NCBI GenBank assembly: GCA_045642785.1
Contig: JAZUJM010000179.1
Location: 1 to 38,576, forward strand
Length of the DNA stretch: 38,576 bases
From: Acutalibacteraceae bacterium
GTDB taxonomy: Bacteria > Bacillota > Clostridia > Oscillospirales > Acutalibacteraceae
Direction: 5' to 3'
Shown: one piece after another, positions 19,046-29,101 of the stretch
Layout: each line of letters starts with the position of its first letter
Numbering within the stretch: the stretch's first letter is position 1
Made by a program: the position numbers and the translations under genes
The notes under the pieces: generated by a model
What the model saw: only the letters and a program-made list of their open reading frames with translations
The model's database searches: none
What the model was told of the DNA's origin: nothing

Positions 19046-19083
19046 TTTGATTTCACCTCCATACAAATACTGATACATAAATC

Positions 19084-19197
19084 AAAAAGCCCTTTCCGAC
19101 TGCGCGGAAAGGGCATAATACAACGATATAATCGTGTGTATTCCTTCCTCGGCAGGCGGTAAAAACCTTATGCATTTATTGCACCTGCTGTCTTTGA
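19084..19197 (-). promoter_or_regulatory. L10 leader attenuator
   Basis: The minus strand reads aagacagcaggtg...taa...cctgccgagg (L10(L12)4-binding element), then terminator gccctttccg/cggaaagggc-ttttt before rplJ. Confidence 0.88.
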
Positions 19198-19213
19198 AAA
19201 GAACAGCTTTGAT

Positions 19214-19242
19214 ATACTAACACACTTTTTGCAGCGTGTCAA
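19214..19242 (-). promoter_or_regulatory. Sigma-A promoter of rplJL
   Basis: TTGACA-17 nt-TAGTAT with a TG extension. Confidence 0.75.
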
Positions 19243-19264
19243 GTATTAATTAAGAAATTTTCAA

Positions 19265-19978
19265 TTACGCCTGAGCGGCATCGGCAGCGGTAAGCTTAAC
19301 GGGGTTAATCTTAACGCCGGGGCCCATTGTTGTGGCAACAACGCAGGAGCGAATGTACTGGCCCTTGCTTGCTGCGGGCTTAGCCTTGATTATGGCGTCA
19401 AGAAGAGTGTTGAAGTTTTCAGCAAGCTTCTCAGTGCCGAAGGAGGCCTTGCCTATGGGGCAATGGATGATGTTGGTTTTGTCAAGACGGTACTCAATCT
19501 TACCGGCCTTAGCTTCGGTAACGGCCTTGGCAACATCGGGGGTAACTGTGCCGGCCTTGGGGCTGGGCATAAGTCCGCGGGGGCCGAGAACCTTACCGAG
19601 ACGGCCAACAAGACCCATCATGTTGGGTGCTGCGATTGCAACGTCAAAATCCATAAAGCCTTCGCCCTGAATCTTGGCAACGAGGTCTTCTGCGCCGACT
19701 ATCTCTGCGCCTGCTGCTGCAGCGGCGTCAGCATCGGGGCCCTTCGCGAAAACGGCAACCCTGACGGTTTTGCCGGTTCCGTTGGGAAGAACGACCGCGC
19801 CGCGAACCTGCTGGTCTGCGTGACGGGAGTCAACGCCGAGACGAACGTGAACTTCAACGGTTTCGTCAAACTTAGCAGTAGCGGTCTTGACTGCAAGATC
19901 AAGAGCGTCGTTAGGATCATAGAGGGTTGCTCTTTCGATAAGCTTAGCGCTGTCTGTATATTTTTTTCCGTGTTTCAT
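19265..19978 (-). CDS. rplA: 50S ribosomal protein L1
   Basis: [21 protein letters not shown] and TTMGPG motifs. Confidence 0.99.
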   Translation of the reverse strand: MKHGKKYTDSAKLIERATLYDPNDALDLAVKTATAKFDETVEVHVRLGVDSRHADQQVRGAVVLPNGTGKTVRVAVFAKGPDADAAAAAGAEIVGAEDLVAKIQGEGFMDFDVAIAAPNMMGLVGRLGKVLGPRGLMPSPKAGTVTPDVAKAVTEAKAGKIEYRLDKTNIIHCPIGKASFGTEKLAENFNTLLDAIIKAKPAASKGQYIRSCVVATTMGPGVKINPVKLTAADAAQA

Positions 19979-20000
19979 ATTAGTTTTATCCTCCCAATTA

Positions 20001-20029
20001 TGTGGTTAAATCGGATTTTTCCTCCCACA
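20001..20029 (-). promoter_or_regulatory. L1-binding mRNA element before rplA
   Basis: Minus strand tgtgggagga...tcc...accaca. Confidence 0.7.
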
Positions 20030-20037
20030 AATTTGCC

Positions 20038-20463
20038 TTAGTCGGCGACGACAATGCCCATGCTGCGGGCAGTTCCTGCGATCATGCTCATTGCGGTTTC
20101 GATTGAAGCTGCGTTGAGGTCGGGCATCTTCTGCTCAGCGATCTTGCGAACCTGCTCGGTGGTGATCGTTGCAACCTTGGTCTTGTTGGGAACGCCTGAA
20201 CCGCTCTCGATTCCGCATGCCTTCTTGATAAGAACGGCTGCGGGGGGAGTCTTGGTTATAAAGGAGAATGTATGGTCAGCAAAAACCGTGATAACCACGG
20301 GAATGATAAGACCCATATCGTTCTTTGTGCGCTCATTGAATTCCTTTGTGAAAGCCATAATGTTAACGCCGTGCTGGCCGAGTGCGGGGCCAACAGGGGG
20401 AGCGGGAGTTGCCTTGCCCGCGGGGATCTGAAGTTTAATTAAGCCAACTACTTTCTGTGCCAT
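20038..20463 (-). CDS. rplK: 50S ribosomal protein L11
   Basis: [36 protein letters not shown] at 20463 after ggagg. Confidence 0.99.
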   Translation of the reverse strand: MAQKVVGLIKLQIPAGKATPAPPVGPALGQHGVNIMAFTKEFNERTKNDMGLIIPVVITVFADHTFSFITKTPPAAVLIKKACGIESGSGVPNKTKVATITTEQVRKIAEQKMPDLNAASIETAMSMIAGTARSMGIVVAD

Positions 20464-20485
20464 AATTGTTAACCTCCAATAAAAT

Positions 20486-20518
20486 GTGGTAAAATGCGGA
20501 GTTTTTAACTCCTCCCAC
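20486..20518 (-). promoter_or_regulatory. L1-binding mRNA element before rplK
   Basis: Minus strand gtgggaggagtt-aaa-aactccgc...accac. Confidence 0.75.
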
Positions 20519-20590
20519 GAAACCGCCGTGAAAGCGGCCGCGCACAAAAGCGCTTAATTTGAAAGGGAAAATTCCCTCAAATTACCGTGA

Positions 20591-21142
20591 TTAATCCTCG
20601 GCAAGCTCAACCTGGTCAAGCTCAAGCTCAACTGTTGTTTCTTTGCCGAAAAGTGCGGAAACCGTAACGCGAACCATATTGTTCTCAGCGTCAATTTCCT
20701 GAACAACGCCCTGGAATCCGTCAAACAGCTCGTCAATGATATTGACCGTGTCGCCCACAGCGTAAGCGACCTCGATGCTCTTCTTTTCAACGCCGAGTCT
20801 GTAAACTTCTTCATCGGTAAGGGGCATTGCCTTGCTTTCGGGGCCGACAAAGCCCGTAACACCTCTGGTGTTGCGGATTACGACCCACGCATCATCGCTC
20901 ATAACGGGGATGTTGTCCTTATCGGGGGCAACCGCCACCTTAACAAGAACATAACCGGGGAAGAGCTTGCGCTCAACATCCTTGTTCTTTTCAACCTCGT
21001 GAACGATTTCTGTGGGAATCTTAACCTCAAGGATAAGATCCTGCATTTTGCGGTTTTCAACGACCTTTTCGATGTTCGTTGCAACCTTGTTCTCATAGCC
21101 GGAGTAGGTATGAACTACATACCACCTTGCATCAGCAGACAT
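20591..21142 (-). CDS. nusG: Transcription termination/antitermination factor NusG
   Basis: WYVVHTYSGYE, FPGYVLV, NTRGVTGFVG and a KOW domain, in the secE-rplK context. Confidence 0.98.
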   Translation of the reverse strand: MSADARWYVVHTYSGYENKVATNIEKVVENRKMQDLILEVKIPTEIVHEVEKNKDVERKLFPGYVLVKVAVAPDKDNIPVMSDDAWVVIRNTRGVTGFVGPESKAMPLTDEEVYRLGVEKKSIEVAYAVGDTVNIIDELFDGFQGVVQEIDAENNMVRVTVSALFGKETTVELELDQVELAED

Positions 21143-21155
21143 TTTTCTTCCTCCC

Positions 21156-21533
21156 TTATAAGGCGAAGAATCTGCCGATAGACATCATTGCGGCAGTAAC
21201 CGCCTCTTCTGCCTCTTTTGAACCGCCCATGCCCTGAACGGCGTTCTTAAGAAGCCTGAACAGAAGCGAAAGGAGCTCATCAATGCCGAAGATAACGATT
21301 GCGCAGATAGCAACAACAAGAAGAACAACGCCGGTGGATTTGAGAACTGTTGTTTTGTCGGGCCAAACGATCTTCTTAACCTCACCCTTGAGGTCTTTGA
21401 AGAACTTTTTGACAGCCTTACTTGCGCGCTGGAAGAAATTGCCGTTGGGATTGGCCTTCTTTTCGGTCTGCTTTGCTGCTTTTTCAGCATTGGCGACCTT
21501 CTTTTCGGCTTCGGAGATTTCCTTCTTTGCCAT
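21156..21533 (-). CDS. secE: Preprotein translocase SecE
   Basis: EVKKIVWP motif followed by one TM helix; lies between rpmG and nusG. Confidence 0.93.
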   Translation of the reverse strand: MAKKEISEAEKKVANAEKAAKQTEKKANPNGNFFQRASKAVKKFFKDLKGEVKKIVWPDKTTVLKSTGVVLLVVAICAIVIFGIDELLSLLFRLLKNAVQGMGGSKEAEEAVTAAMMSIGRFFAL

Positions 21534-21549
21534 CGGTCATTCCTCCTGT

Positions 21550-21714
21550 TTACTTGGATTCTTTGTGGAGCGTGTGTTTCCTGCAGAAGCGGCAGTACTT
21601 GTTCATCTCCAGCCTGTCGGGTGTGTTTTGCTTGTTTTTGACTGTGTTGTAGTTGCGCTGTTTGCATTCGGTACAAGCAAGTGTAACCTTTACTCTTTTA
21701 CCGTTAGCAGCCAT
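21550..21714 (-). CDS. rpmG: 50S ribosomal protein L33, zinc-ribbon type (not in the ORF track)
   Basis: Translated by hand: [54 protein letters not shown] (54 aa). RBS ggaggtg. Confidence 0.97.
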   Translation of the reverse strand: MAANGKRVKVTLACTECKQRNYNTVKNKQNTPDRLEMNKYCRFCRKHTLHKESK

Positions 21715-21829
21715 TTGCGGCACCTCCATTTTTCGGAATTTTTAGCCTCCCTCTGTGACTGTCGGGATGATGGCCCGCGCCCTGAAAAAAATGGGCACAA
21801 AAATAAAGCCCTCCCGCAGAGGTAGAGCT

Positions 21830-21858
21830 ATAATACCACAATTAACCTCTGCAGTCAA
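21830..21858 (-). promoter_or_regulatory. Sigma-A promoter of rpmG-secE-nusG-rplKA
   Basis: TTGACT-17 nt-TATTAT with a TG extension. Confidence 0.75.
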
Positions 21859-21891
21859 GACTTTTTTTCATTTCGGCAGAATATTTTTATA

Positions 21892-21928
21892 ATCCGCCCG
21901 AAGCATATGCCGTCTGCTCCGGGCGGAT
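21892..21928 (-). terminator. Hairpin downstream of ychF (probable terminator)
   Basis: atccgcccg(a)agca/tgct(c)cgggcggat stem. The U-tract is poor. Confidence 0.5.
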
Positions 21929-21954
21929 ACCATATATATTAATGTATGAAAGGA

Positions 21955-23049
21955 TTAAACATTGAAGCGGAAAAGAACCACATCGCCGTCCTGCATAACA
22001 TAATCCTTGCCCTCGCTGCGAACCATTCCCTTTTCCTTTGCGGCGGTAAGGGAGCCGATTGCCACAAGGTCTTCATAGGCAATAACCTCGGCACGAATGA
22101 AGCCGCGCTCAAAGTCGGAGTGTATTTTGCCGGCCGCCTGAGGAGCCTTTGTGCCTTTTTTAATGGTCCATGCCCTTACCTCCGGCTGACCGGCGGTGAG
22201 GAAGGAGATAAGCCCAAGCAGAGCGTAGCTCTTCTGCACAAGGCGGTCAAGGCCGCCCTTTTCTATTCCGAGGTCGGCAAGGAACATTTCCTTTTCCTCG
22301 CCCTCAAGGGAGGCAATCTCCGCCTCAAGCTCGGCACAGATGGGGAGCACCTCTGAGCTCTCTTTTTCGGCGATTTCGCAAACGGCGCGGTAATGCGCGT
22401 TTGAATCAAGCCCGCCGGAGAAATCATCCTCGCTCATATTGCAGGCATAGATAACGGGCTTTGCGGTAAGAAGTGCGATATCGGCAAGCCACGCCTTTTC
22501 GTTTTCATCGCACTCGATGTTTCTTGCAAGAATATTGTTTTCAAGCGAATCCTTAAGCCTTTTAAGGAATTCAAGCTCTGCGGCAAGGGTTTTGTCGCCC
22601 TTCATTGCCTTTGAAACACGGTCAATTCTTCTGTCCACCATTTCGATATCGGAGAAAATGAGCTCCAGATTAATGGTTTCAATATCCCTTGCGGGGTCAA
22701 TGGTGGCGTCAACATGAACAATATCGCTGTTTTCAAAGCAGCGCACCACATGGATAATGGCGTCAACCTCACGGATGTGAGAAAGGAACTTGTTGCCGAG
22801 GCCCTCACCCTTTGAAGCGCCCCTGACAAGGCCGGCAATATCAACAAATTCAATTACCGCCGGGGTGTATTTAACGGGATTATACATTTCGGCAAGCTTG
22901 TCAAGCCTTGAATCCGGCACGGCAACCACGCCAACATTCGGCTCTATGGTGCAGAACGGATAGTTTGCGGACTGGGCGCCCGCGTTTGTTATGGCATTAA
23001 AAAGGGTGCTTTTGCCCACATTGGGAAGACCCACTATACCTAATTTCAT
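21955..23049 (-). CDS. ychF: Ribosome-binding ATPase YchF
   Basis: [45 protein letters not shown], ending FRFNV. Confidence 0.98.
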   Translation of the reverse strand: MKLGIVGLPNVGKSTLFNAITNAGAQSANYPFCTIEPNVGVVAVPDSRLDKLAEMYNPVKYTPAVIEFVDIAGLVRGASKGEGLGNKFLSHIREVDAIIHVVRCFENSDIVHVDATIDPARDIETINLELIFSDIEMVDRRIDRVSKAMKGDKTLAAELEFLKRLKDSLENNILARNIECDENEKAWLADIALLTAKPVIYACNMSEDDFSGGLDSNAHYRAVCEIAEKESSEVLPICAELEAEIASLEGEEKEMFLADLGIEKGGLDRLVQKSYALLGLISFLTAGQPEVRAWTIKKGTKAPQAAGKIHSDFERGFIRAEVIAYEDLVAIGSLTAAKEKGMVRSEGKDYVMQDGDVVLFRFNV

Positions 23050-23087
23050 TTAAAGGAACACACCTTTCGTTCAATACTCTGTTTTTC

Positions 23088-23164
23088 ATTATAATCAATC
23101 CTGATAAAAAAAACAATACTATAATGAAGATTCATTTGCATTATGCCGCCGAATGGTGTAATAT
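23088..23164. promoter_or_regulatory. Divergent promoters for ychF (-) and tcdA (+)
   Basis: Minus strand TTGTTT-17-TATAAT (23088-23116). Plus strand TTGCAT-17-TAATAT with TG (23136-23164). Confidence 0.5.
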
Positions 23165-23197
23165 GTAGTTTGAGTTATTATAATCCGAGGTGTGTTT

Positions 23198-23914
23198 ATG
23201 GAAGATATGTTCAGCCGCACCGTTTCGCTGATTGGTGAAGATGCGCTCCGCAAGCTGAAAGAAAGCAGAATAATTCTTTTCGGCCTTGGCGGAGTGGGCT
23301 CATTTACCGCCGAAGCCCTTGTTCGCAGCGGAGCAGGCTCACTTACCGTGGTTGACAGCGACCCGGTATCATCCTCCAACATAAACCGCCAGCTCTGTGC
23401 CCTCAATTCAACCGTCGGAAAACAGAAAACCGAAATTGTGAAGGCCCGCCTTAACGACATCAACCCGGAGTGTGAAATAACCGTTTTCAACGAGTTTTAT
23501 CTGCCCGAAAATGCCGACAAAATTGATTTGAGTGACTATGATTACATTGCAGATGCGATAGACACCGTGAGTGCAAAAATCGAGCTTGCCGTGCGCGCCG
23601 AAAAGGCCGAAGTTCCGATAATCTCGTGTATGGGCACGGGCAACAAGCTTGACCCCACCCTTTTGCGTGTGAGCGATATTTACAAAACCGAGGGCTGCCC
23701 CCTTTGCCGTGTTATGCGCCGCGAGCTTAAGGTGCGCGGGGTGAAGCATTTAAAGGCCGTGTGGTCACCGGAGCCCCCGATTTCTCCCAAAATCCCGGTG
23801 AGCGGTGAAAGTGAAAACCGTCACCCGCCCGCAAGTATGATATTCGTGCCCGCATCGGCGGGAATCCTTATGGCAAAAGAAATAATCTGTGATTTATCCG
23901 GAGATACAAAATGA
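23198..23914 (+). CDS. tcdA: tRNA threonylcarbamoyladenosine dehydratase (ThiF family)
   Basis: GLGGVGS, SNINRQ, DAID, MGTGNKLDP and AVWSPE motifs. ATG at 23198 after gaggtg. Confidence 0.9.
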   Translation: MEDMFSRTVSLIGEDALRKLKESRIILFGLGGVGSFTAEALVRSGAGSLTVVDSDPVSSSNINRQLCALNSTVGKQKTEIVKARLNDINPECEITVFNEFYLPENADKIDLSDYDYIADAIDTVSAKIELAVRAEKAEVPIISCMGTGNKLDPTLLRVSDIYKTEGCPLCRVMRRELKVRGVKHLKAVWSPEPPISPKIPVSGESENRHPPASMIFVPASAGILMAKEIICDLSGDTK

Positions 23915-25404
23915 AAAAAAGACTGTTTTCTGTTTTGGCAGCTGCTGCCGCCCTCTGCCTTTTGCTCAGCTCCTGCGGCGGCAAAACAGAGGCAGGGGAT
24001 GACCCCGCCTCCCCCGCCGGCACCGGTAAAAAAGCTCAGAAAAGCGACGCCGGTATCTTTGTTCCGTTTGTTGAAAGCGACGGCTTCAACCCCTATGAAA
24101 CCGAAACCGTTCTCAATTCAAGAATGCTCACCCTTGTCTATGACGGGCTTGTTTCGCTTGACCGCAGCTACAACACCGTTTTTGAGCTTGCCGACAGCGC
24201 AGCAAGTGAGGAAAACGCCGTGAGCGTTATCATCTCCTCCTCGGCAAAATTCAGCGACGGAAGCTTTGTTACCGCCGCCGAAATAATTGATTCATTCAAG
24301 CTTGCAAAAAAGTGTGACGCCTATTCCGAAAGGCTGCGCAATTTTGAATCTGCCGCCCCCTCGGGAGCAAATGCGGTGATTTTTACCCTGAGTGAGCCCG
24401 ACGCATTTGCGGTCAACTGCCTCACCTTCCCCGTAATCAAGGAGCGCGGCAAGGATGAAATGCCGCTCGGAACGGGCAGATACTATATCAGCAAAGACGG
24501 CAGCGATTACATTCTGCTTGAAAATTCCCACAAAAAGAATTTTTCGCCCAAGGTATCGCGCATAGGACTTATTGAGCCGAAAACCAACCTCGAACTGACC
24601 TCCGGGCTTGAAATAGGCAACATCTGTTATCTTTATGACGACCTTTCCTCCGGCACCTACACCCGCTTCAACGCAAAGTCGGAGGATGTTCTGCTTAACA
24701 ACTTTGTGTACCTCGGAATAAATGCAAAAAATGAAGTGCTTGCAAATCCGCTTTTGCGCCGCGCAATAAACGTTGCGCTGAACCGTGACGATATTGTTTC
24801 CTCCGCCTTTCACGGCCACGCAAGGGCAGCCTCTTCGCCGTTCAACCCGTCGTGGGCAATTCTCTCCGGCAGCGAGGGCAACATTGTTAATGAAAACAAA
24901 ACCGTGCAGGAGCTTCTGACCGAGGGCGGCATAGCCTCCGGCAACCTTGCACTTAAGCTTGTCGTGAGCACCGGCAACGCCTTTCGCCTTTCCGCTGCCG
25001 ACACGGTTGCGGCTCAACTGACGGCCGCCGGAATATACACCGCCGTTACTCCGGTTGCACCCGAAAATCTGCGCTCTGCTCTTGCCACGGGTGAATTTGA
25101 CCTTTATATAGGCGAAATCAAGCTTACCGACAATATGGATTTGTCGGAGCTTTTCCGCGGCGGTGACTGCGCCTACGGCGTAACGGAGGAAAGTCAGGAG
25201 CTTTCCTTTGCCCGTTATGAGCAGGTAAAAAGCGGCGACTGCCAGCTTATTGATTTTGTTAACACCTTCTGCACGGAGCTTCCGTTTATTCCGCTTTGCT
25301 ACCGCACGGGCACCGTGTTTTTCCCAAATTCATTGAATTACACAAGCTCCACCATAATCGAAAATGATTTATTCTCCGGCATTGCAGGCTGGAGTATGTC
25401 ATAG
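23911..25404 (+). CDS. Family-5 (OppA/DppA-like) ABC substrate-binding lipoprotein
   Basis: Lipobox LLLSSC, LVYDGLV, AKFSDGS, GTGRY, LRRAINVALNR and ELPFIPL motifs. Confidence 0.8.
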   Translation: MKKRLFSVLAAAAALCLLLSSCGGKTEAGDDPASPAGTGKKAQKSDAGIFVPFVESDGFNPYETETVLNSRMLTLVYDGLVSLDRSYNTVFELADSAASEENAVSVIISSSAKFSDGSFVTAAEIIDSFKLAKKCDAYSERLRNFESAAPSGANAVIFTLSEPDAFAVNCLTFPVIKERGKDEMPLGTGRYYISKDGSDYILLENSHKKNFSPKVSRIGLIEPKTNLELTSGLEIGNICYLYDDLSSGTYTRFNAKSEDVLLNNFVYLGINAKNEVLANPLLRRAINVALNRDDIVSSAFHGHARAASSPFNPSWAILSGSEGNIVNENKTVQELLTEGGIASGNLALKLVVSTGNAFRLSAADTVAAQLTAAGIYTAVTPVAPENLRSALATGEFDLYIGEIKLTDNMDLSELFRGGDCAYGVTEESQELSFARYEQVKSGDCQLIDFVNTFCTELPFIPLCYRTGTVFFPNSLNYTSSTIIENDLFSGIAGWSMS

Positions 25405-25425
25405 GCAAAAGAAAGGTTTTTGTAA

Positions 25426-27453
25426 ATGTCACTTGAACTCACCTCGGATATCAAATATCTTAAGGGCGTCGGTGAAAAAAGGGCGAAGCTTCTTGCAAAG
25501 CTCGGCGTTTTCACCGTCGGCGACCTTCTTTACCTTTTTCCGAGAGTGTACGAGGACCACAGCCGCCTTTGTACCATTGCCGAAACCGTTCCCGGCGAAA
25601 CGGCAAGCGTAAAGGCAGCAGTCTGTTTTCCCTGCGCCGAATATAAAATCCGCCGCGGAATGACCATTTACAAAACCAAAGTTACCGACGGCGAATCGGT
25701 TATGAACATTACACTTTTCAACTGTAAATATACCGCCGAAAGCCTTGCCGCAGGCGAGGAATACATCTTCACCGGCAAGGTTACCGGCACCGAGCGGATA
25801 AGGGAAATGAGCTCCCCCGTGTTTGAAAAAGCCGAAACGGGCGAAAGAATACGCCCCGTTTATCACCAGACAGAGGGCATGAACTCAAGGGCGATTGAAA
25901 AGCTTGTTATGACTGCATTAAAATCCGTAACGCTCGTTGATGCCCTGCCGCTTGATTTGCGTGAAAAATACTGCCTTATGCCGCTTGACCGTGCAATCAC
26001 CAATATGCACGCACCCGAAAATGAAGATATGCTTTCGGAGGCGAAAAGGCGGCTTATTTTTGAAGAACTGCTTATGCTCAGGCTCGGCCTTTTAAGGCTG
26101 AAAAGCAAAAGCAGCAAAACCACAGCCTGCGTTATGGCAAAAGACGAAACGGAAAAATTCTTTTCCATGCTTCCGTTTGAGCTCACCGGCGCACAGAAAA
26201 GGGCAATAAGTGAATGTGCGGCGGATATGGCATCCCCGCGCCCGATGAACCGGCTTTTGCAGGGCGATGTGGGCAGCGGAAAAACCGCCGTTGCCGCTTC
26301 GCTTATCTATAACGCCGCTGTCAACGGATACCAGAGCGCCCTTATGGCACCCACCGAGGTGCTTGCTCAGCAGCATTTTTCTACCCTTGCTTCATTTTTT
26401 GAAAACACTGATATTATCCCGGCTCTTTTAACCGGCTCCACCCCCGCTGCCGAAAAGAAGAGAATAAAAGCCCGACTTGCCTCGGGCGATATTGACCTTA
26501 TCATCGGCACCCACGCGCTGATTCAGAAGGATGTTGAATTTTACCGCCTCGGCCTTGTTATTACGGATGAACAGCACCGTTTCGGCGTTAATCAGCGCAC
26601 CGCCCTCAACATGAAAGGGGATTATCCCCACACCCTTGTTATGAGCGCTACGCCCATTCCGCGAACCCTTGCGCTTATCATTTACAGCGACCTTGATTTA
26701 AGCGTGCTTGATGAGCTGCCGAAGGGCAGGCAGAAAACCTCCACCTACTGCGTTGATTCAACGGTGAGGGAGCGCGCATACGGCTATATCAAAAAGCATC
26801 TTTGCGAAGGGCGGCAGGGCTATATTGTGTGCCCGCTTGTTGAAGAGGATGAAGAGAATGAGCTTGTGTCTGCCGAAAAGCTTCGCCGTGAGCTTGCCGA
26901 CGGCTTTTTCAGGGGCTTCACCGTGGATTTGCTGCACGGCAAGATGAAGCCGGATGAAAAAAAGGAGGCTATGAGAAAATTCGCAGCGGGCGAAACACAG
27001 CTTCTTGTTTCCACAACGGTTATTGAGGTCGGTATTGATGTGCCAAACGCCGTGATTATGGTTATTGAAAACGCCGAGCGCTTCGGTCTTTCTCAGCTTC
27101 ATCAGCTTCGCGGCAGAATCGGGCGCGGAAGCTTTCAATCCACCTGCATACTGATTTCCGACGCTCAGAATGAAGAAACAAAAAAGCGCCTTAAAATTAT
27201 GTGCTCCACCAACAACGGCTTTGTTATAGCCGATGAGGATTTGAAGCTTCGCGGCCCCGGTGACTTTTTCGGCTCCCGTCAGCACGGACTGCCCGATTTA
27301 AAAATCGCCGATATGATGACCGACACGGAAATTCTGCGTGAAGCGGGAACGGCGGCAGAAGAAATGCTCAAAAAATCCCCCTCGCTTGACGGGGAGGAAT
27401 ACTCACTTCTAAAAAAACAGGTTAACAGAATGTTCTCACACGCAATGAATTAA
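25426..27453 (+). CDS. recG: ATP-dependent DNA helicase RecG
   Basis: RLLQGDVGSGKT, DEQHRFG, MSATPIPRTL, QLHQLRGRIGRG and DLKLRGPG motifs. Confidence 0.98.
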   Translation: MSLELTSDIKYLKGVGEKRAKLLAKLGVFTVGDLLYLFPRVYEDHSRLCTIAETVPGETASVKAAVCFPCAEYKIRRGMTIYKTKVTDGESVMNITLFNCKYTAESLAAGEEYIFTGKVTGTERIREMSSPVFEKAETGERIRPVYHQTEGMNSRAIEKLVMTALKSVTLVDALPLDLREKYCLMPLDRAITNMHAPENEDMLSEAKRRLIFEELLMLRLGLLRLKSKSSKTTACVMAKDETEKFFSMLPFELTGAQKRAISECAADMASPRPMNRLLQGDVGSGKTAVAASLIYNAAVNGYQSALMAPTEVLAQQHFSTLASFFENTDIIPALLTGSTPAAEKKRIKARLASGDIDLIIGTHALIQKDVEFYRLGLVITDEQHRFGVNQRTALNMKGDYPHTLVMSATPIPRTLALIIYSDLDLSVLDELPKGRQKTSTYCVDSTVRERAYGYIKKHLCEGRQGYIVCPLVEEDEENELVSAEKLRRELADGFFRGFTVDLLHGKMKPDEKKEAMRKFAAGETQLLVSTTVIEVGIDVPNAVIMVIENAERFGLSQLHQLRGRIGRGSFQSTCILISDAQNEETKKRLKIMCSTNNGFVIADEDLKLRGPGDFFGSRQHGLPDLKIADMMTDTEILREAGTAAEEMLKKSPSLDGEEYSLLKKQVNRMFSHAMN

Positions 27454-27459
27454 CAAATC

Positions 27460-27497
27460 AAAAGGAGCCATTGCCGAAAGCGGCAATGACCCCGTTT
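27460..27497. terminator. Probable bidirectional terminator between convergent genes
   Basis: cattgccg/cggcaatg stem, A-tract on the left and T-rich on the right. Confidence 0.65.
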
Positions 27498-27514
27498 ATT
27501 AATATTACATTATA

Positions 27515-27988
27515 TTACACTTCTGATTTTATCAGCTCTTTAAGTTTCTTTGAAAAAACCGATGTGATATGTTCGCCCCCGGGAAGAATACCGTATTCAT
27601 TCAGTTCACCGTCAACCATAATAACTGGCAGCTTGGGCAAAAGCGAATGAACTCTGTTGATGTATCCCGAGCTTTTTTCTCCGGGGAAGCCGACAACAAG
27701 CAGCGCGGCGTTTTCCTTTGCGGCAACAACGGCGGTCAGAATATCCGGGCTGTCGTTAAAATAAACGCTCATTTCAGCGCCCGCAAGGCTTGCCGCCTCG
27801 TGCAGCTTTTCAAGTATTCCGGCAGTTTCGGCGTCAGCCCCGCTCCCCTCGGGAAACACGCTGAGCACCTTAAGCGGCGCGTTATTCTCCATTGCTATCA
27901 GTTCGCCTGCCTTGATAAGGCGTGAGCAGGAAAGCTGTGGGGTAACGCACACAATTACCGAACCGGTCAATCCCGGCGTTTTGTCCAT
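27515..27988 (-). CDS. Universal-stress-protein-like (KdpD Usp-domain-like) protein
   Basis: VIVCVTPQLSCSRLIKAG...LKVLSV...LLVVG pattern. RBS aggagg and an upstream TTGCAA-17-TATAAT promoter (28027-28055). Confidence 0.65.
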   Translation of the reverse strand: MDKTPGLTGSVIVCVTPQLSCSRLIKAGELIAMENNAPLKVLSVFPEGSGADAETAGILEKLHEAASLAGAEMSVYFNDSPDILTAVVAAKENAALLVVGFPGEKSSGYINRVHSLLPKLPVIMVDGELNEYGILPGGEHITSVFSKKLKELIKSEV

Positions 27989-28108
27989 TTCTTAACCTCC
28001 TTTCGTTTTTTATACCCATTCGGGTTATTATAATGATAGCACGGTATTATTGCAAAATATGTAACAAATAATGTACGGAATGTTAAATTTTTAATTCGGA
28101 GTGATTTT

Positions 28109-29077
28109 ATGGCAAAAGAACTGTTTCTGGGGCTCGACGGCGGCGGAACCAAAACAACCGCAGTTGTTTTTGACAAAAGCGGAAGCTTTGTTTGCAGATT
28201 CGTCGGTGAAAGCATAAACTATTATTCAATAGGTATGGAGAAAGCAAGGGAAAATATGCTCGGAATAATCGACGGGCTTTTCCCCATTTGCGGCACACGC
28301 TCCTTTAAAGGTGCGGTTATCGGCATGAGCGCCCTCGGCGACAGGGCAAGCGAAAAGGAGCTTGAAGCCTTCAGCGGCGGAATAATCAATGCCGATAATA
28401 TTATTATGGATTCCGATTTGTACATAGCCCTTGAAGCGCTCAACGCCCCGGGCGAATGTGCGGTTGTAATAAGCGGCACGGGTTCCATGGCGGCGGCAAG
28501 AACTGCCGATGAAAAAATAATCCACGCCGGCGGCTTCGGCCACATTCTGGGCGACGAGGGCAGCGGCTACGCCATTGCCTTAAGCGGAATCAAAGCCGCC
28601 ATTGCCGCTGCGGAGGGCTACGGCGAAGAAACGGCGCTGCTTTATGACTGCCTTAAATTTTTCAACATTCCCGATATATACGCCCTCATTGACCTCTTTT
28701 ATGAAAAGGGTGTTTCAAGAAAAGACACGGCAGCCTTTGCCGGGCCGGTTCGCAGAAGAGCGGCAGACGGCGACAACATTGCAAAAGGAATAATGTTAAA
28801 CGCAGCCGCCGAGCTTGCAGGAACCGCCCTTGCGGTAATCAAAAAGCTTTCACCCGATTCCCCCGTCGGCCTCTGGGGCGGAATATTTCAGCATTCTTCC
28901 CTTTTTGCCGAGGCGTTTTGTGCCGAGCTTGCAAAGAACGGTTACTGCAATGCCGCTCTGCTCGATTTTCCGCCCGAAACGGGTGCGGTGCTTGCGGCAA
29001 TGAGAGCCGCCGGCCTTAACCCCGGCGAAGCCGAGCTTGCCAACATAAGAAAAACTTATATAGAAACCAACATATAA
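28109..29077 (+). CDS. BadF/BadG/BcrA/BcrD-family sugar kinase (GlcNAc/MurNAc kinase-like)
   Basis: LGLDGGGTKT, ISGTGS and GGFGHILGDEGSGY motifs. Confidence 0.88.
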   Translation: MAKELFLGLDGGGTKTTAVVFDKSGSFVCRFVGESINYYSIGMEKARENMLGIIDGLFPICGTRSFKGAVIGMSALGDRASEKELEAFSGGIINADNIIMDSDLYIALEALNAPGECAVVISGTGSMAAARTADEKIIHAGGFGHILGDEGSGYAIALSGIKAAIAAAEGYGEETALLYDCLKFFNIPDIYALIDLFYEKGVSRKDTAAFAGPVRRRAADGDNIAKGIMLNAAAELAGTALAVIKKLSPDSPVGLWGGIFQHSSLFAEAFCAELAKNGYCNAALLDFPPETGAVLAAMRAAGLNPGEAELANIRKTYIETNI

Positions 29078-29101
29078 ACAATACGAAAGGCGGAAAATAA
29101 A

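Noticed and set aside
19046-19078. N-terminal extensions in the ORF track for rplJ, and likewise rplK, hisA, rpsO, the DUF554 gene and the 32327 and 32478 starts
   Set aside because: Downstream starts have proper RBSs and match family N-termini. The extensions run through leader sequences.
20591-21533. Short insertion in NusG and terminal extensions of SecE
   Set aside because: These fall in regions known to vary. Core motifs and gene context are canonical, so NusG is not a specialised LoaP/UpxY paralogue.
21185-21825. ORF-track entries 21185-21676 (-) and 21283-21825 (+)
   Set aside because: They overlap secE and the real rpmG (21550-21714), which the track missed because of its length cut-off.
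23085-23128. 9-bp inverted repeat ttcattata...tataatgaa
   Set aside because: Most simply two opposed TATAAT-type elements in an AT-rich divergent promoter region.
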